Positions 61,401 to 64,000 of a stretch of DNA of 64,000 nt are shown piece by piece. Position 1 is the first letter of the stretch. Each line of letters opens with the position of its first letter. Under the pieces are notes generated by a model, which saw nothing but the letters and a program-made list of their open reading frames with translations, ran no database searches and was not told the DNA's origin. Source of the stretch: Podarcis filfolensis. Lineage: Eukaryota. The translations under genes and the position numbers were made by a program. The DNA is taken from NCBI GenBank assembly GCA_964270895.1, contig OZ185439.1; one strand, given 5' to 3'.

Positions 61401-63445
61401 GAAGGGAAGTATGAAGCAAAAGGAGCCACTGGAAAGGGTGAGCTCTCTCCCCATGGTCCTCATTGTCCTCCATGAGTTGAAGACTCAGGGTTCTTAAAAT
61501 ATGCAAGAGCCTCCACTGCTTCAGTCACCCTTCAGGCTCCCTGCTTCAGTCACCCTCCCAAACAATGCCAGTGGCAGAGCTAGCACAGTCATTCCCATGG
61601 ATTTGCCCCCCTTGTATTTGCTTAATGCTGAATATGAATGCCTGAAGAGGGCTCCTGCTGCCTATCCTCATTGCTCACATTGCCTCTTTCCCTGTTCCTC
61701 TTGCTGTTTTCTATGATTAAATAAAAATAAATTAGTCTGTTAGCTTATAGGTCCTATATAAGTGAATGCTGGAATAATTGTTCAGAAACATTTCAGGATG
61801 AATTTTTAAAGTGTAATTAAAATATTTGACACACACTTACACAGGCCTGTGGAGCTTGTCCTAGCTTCCTTGTAAGCCCTGTAGACATTGATAAGGGTAA
61901 AATGATCTCCAGCAGGATGCAAGAATTTTTGCCAGCAAGCGACTGCAATCTCTTCTGTTCCCTGTGGTGGGTTTAAAAAGCAACTAGGAGCTTGTGTTCA
62001 AAAGGAAAGAGAGGGAAATTAAAACAAGCTGATACGGTGAAATAAAGCTTACTATATGCACAATGTATGCTGTGTAATAATTTTTCCGTTATAATGTTGC
62101 CCTCACTCTTTGGTCCTTCAGCAAAACCTGTGGTTCACTCTCATCCTCTCCATTTTGACTGCCACAATGGGTCTGAAAATACCCCTGAAAGAGTAGCAGT
62201 GTTTTCAACTAAAGCAATGACACCAAAACCATTTTTTTCTCCAGGCTTACATTCTGGGGAGAAATGCTGAGTTGGTGATGTCTGGATAGCCTCCCCATAA
62301 TACATAGCTTTGACCTCATGTTGTAGATAGGAGCACACATGACTGAATGTTTCCCCATGGAAACATTCCTGCAAGCAAAACTTGATGAACCAGGCTTCTC
62401 TGACATGCAAGTCTTCTATGTATTTTTTAGGGGGAAGAGGGAGTTGAGAATTCCATTGTGGGATCTCCCAGTTAAAGTGGTACAGTCAAGAGAAGTGGTC
62501 ATCACTTCACTGAATATTTGCGACAACTGGACCCAAGTGTTGCTACAATTCTAGAAAACAGTGGGATTTATTTGTAATTAAATACAGTATGTGTAGAATG
62601 AGACAGAAAAGCTATATATACATAACAATGGGAGTATTGGCACAACATTGCTTGGTGTGTTAACCTTTTTTGCTACATCATTACACTAAAACCAGTGCCT
62701 GAGTTTTACTATATTGCAGAGCAAGCCTCTATAGGCCTGTATAATTTTATTCTCATTAAATATTGTGTGGAAGAAGTGACATAACCCATCCTGAACATCT
62801 GTGCAAAACAAAAAATAACTTGAATCCTTTTTAAATTTACATTTCATTAATTGTGAGTACTGCGATTTTTCTGGCTCTGATCTTTAATCAATTTAATAAG
62901 CAGATTAATTAAGGAAACCTCTGCTTGATTAATTGATAAGGAACAAATTTAACTGATGAGGTGATGAGTTAAGGGCATACCTCTTGTCTTTTTTCAAGCT
63001 TATTCTGATTTAGGTGTGTTAGCAAAATACAGGGTGAAATTATTAATGAAGCAGTAACTTTTTAATTAAACTGTAAGGTCTTTCACTGTTGCAAAGGGGC
63101 ACTACTGAGGTTTTTGTAATATTTTAATTTTCTCATTTAGTTGGTTAAAAGGCAAACTATGAATCAACTAATCATCCTATAAATGGTTGATGGCAGTAGT
63201 TCTATATAATTATACTGGGCCTGAGCAGTAGCCACAAACGCTTCAGAAAATACCTGTTACCATGGCAGCAATGGTGAGCATTTCTTCCACACAGTCAAAT
63301 TCACACGAAGCTAAAATAGCCTTTGACAGCTGTGGATCGACAGGAAACTCTGACATTATTATTCCAAATTCTGAAAGGTTTCCATCATTGTCCAGGGCAG
63401 CCAAATAATCCAGATCTTCCAGAGCTTGCATGAGACTTTCAGGAG
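58283..63445 (-). CDS. DHX32: DHX32 (DEAH-box helicase 32), last five coding exons; 5' part lies outside the window
   Basis: Exons 63254-63445, 61841-61990, 60886-61076, 60370-60551, 58283-58475 join in frame. [48 protein letters not shown] and PQYYFSNLP match recalled DHX32; the C-terminus EQRCIIQ* resembles human EQRCTLQ. Confidence 0.95.
60370..60551 (-). CDS. DHX32: DHX32 exon [24 protein letters not shown]...ISPDL
   Basis: 182 nt, tag / gtaagt. Confidence 0.95.
60886..61076 (-). CDS. DHX32: DHX32 exon (Y)[20 protein letters not shown]...SGYFMQ
   Basis: 191 nt, cag / gtaagg. Confidence 0.95.
61841..61990 (-). CDS. DHX32: DHX32 exon (A)[10 protein letters not shown]...[26 protein letters not shown]
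   Basis: 150 nt, aag / gtaagt. Confidence 0.92.
63254..63445 (-). CDS. DHX32: DHX32 exon (A)[11 protein letters not shown]...AAMVT
   Basis: 192 nt, cag / gtattt. Confidence 0.95.
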
Positions 63446-63921
63446 CTGGGATGGGGAGAAATGCTTAGTTACACTGGTTGTTACATTCTGTCACTGTTCA
63501 GTGAAATGCCTATACAGACAGAATTAAACTAAGTATTTTATTATCACAAGGTTACAGGAATTTTTGCCTAATTTCTCTCTCAGGTAAATTGGTGCAGCAG
63601 TTGCCAACTTTTTTGGGTCCAGGGGCACATTTGGAATTTTGAGGCAGTGCCAAGTCAGAAAATTGCTGCCAGGGGTGTGGCCTAGAACAAAATGGCTGCC
63701 AGCCCCACCCCCAAAAGAGCAAAAAAATAGAGAGAGAGGAATATGAAATGGAAAAATATATTTTTATTTTTTGCTCTTTAACAGAAAAGTTCGAACATTT
63801 CTTCTTTTCCATAAACTCTTAAAACTGTTCTCCCCTGTACTCGACAATGTGGGAACAGGAAAAAAATGTGATCATATGGATAATGATGCTTCTGCAGTAG
63901 GTCCCACTAGGTGATCAAAAG

Positions 63922-63923
<2 letters not shown>

Positions 63924-63962
<39 letters not shown>
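63924..63962 (+). repeat. (AC)n microsatellite, about 19 units
   Basis: Read directly. Confidence 0.95.
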
Positions 63963-63963
<1 letters not shown>

Positions 63964-64000
63964 CGCCCTTGCTGACAGTTCTGGCTATCTCTGCCTCATC

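Overview
Vertebrate genomic DNA, most likely a lacertid-type lizard judging from its Sauria-SINE and Tc1/mariner MITE content. I reconstructed four spliced genes by hand, checking exon phases and splice dinucleotides; homology calls rest on recalled human protein sequences, not on a database search. (1) The 3' part of EDRF1 on +: 17 coding exons, 1-19153, including one GC-AG intron. (2) Complete UROS on -: 9 coding exons, 39698 to 25561, 262 aa, with a probable non-coding exon 1 near 45642. (3) Complete BCCIP on +: 7 exons, 45747-57872, 314 aa, beta-type C-terminus, head-to-head with UROS across a CpG island. (4) The last five coding exons of DHX32 on -: 63445 to 58283, tail-to-tail with BCCIP. 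This matches the human 10q26 block EDRF1-(MMP21)-UROS-BCCIP-DHX32, except that no intact MMP21 is visible. Introns carry SINEs, Tc1/mariner and hAT MITEs, RTE, L2 and piggyBac fossils, and microsatellites. Apart from a few that overlap real exons or transposon fossils, the ORFs in the supplied track look spurious. I found no convincingly novel biological system. The best leads are the MMP21 gap, a 79-bp duplication of an EDRF1 splice donor, a MITE-derived candidate poison exon hidden in a palindrome, a positionally conserved erythroid GATA site in UROS intron 1, a very compact UROS/BCCIP promoter, and a probable BCCIP/DHX32 antisense overlap.
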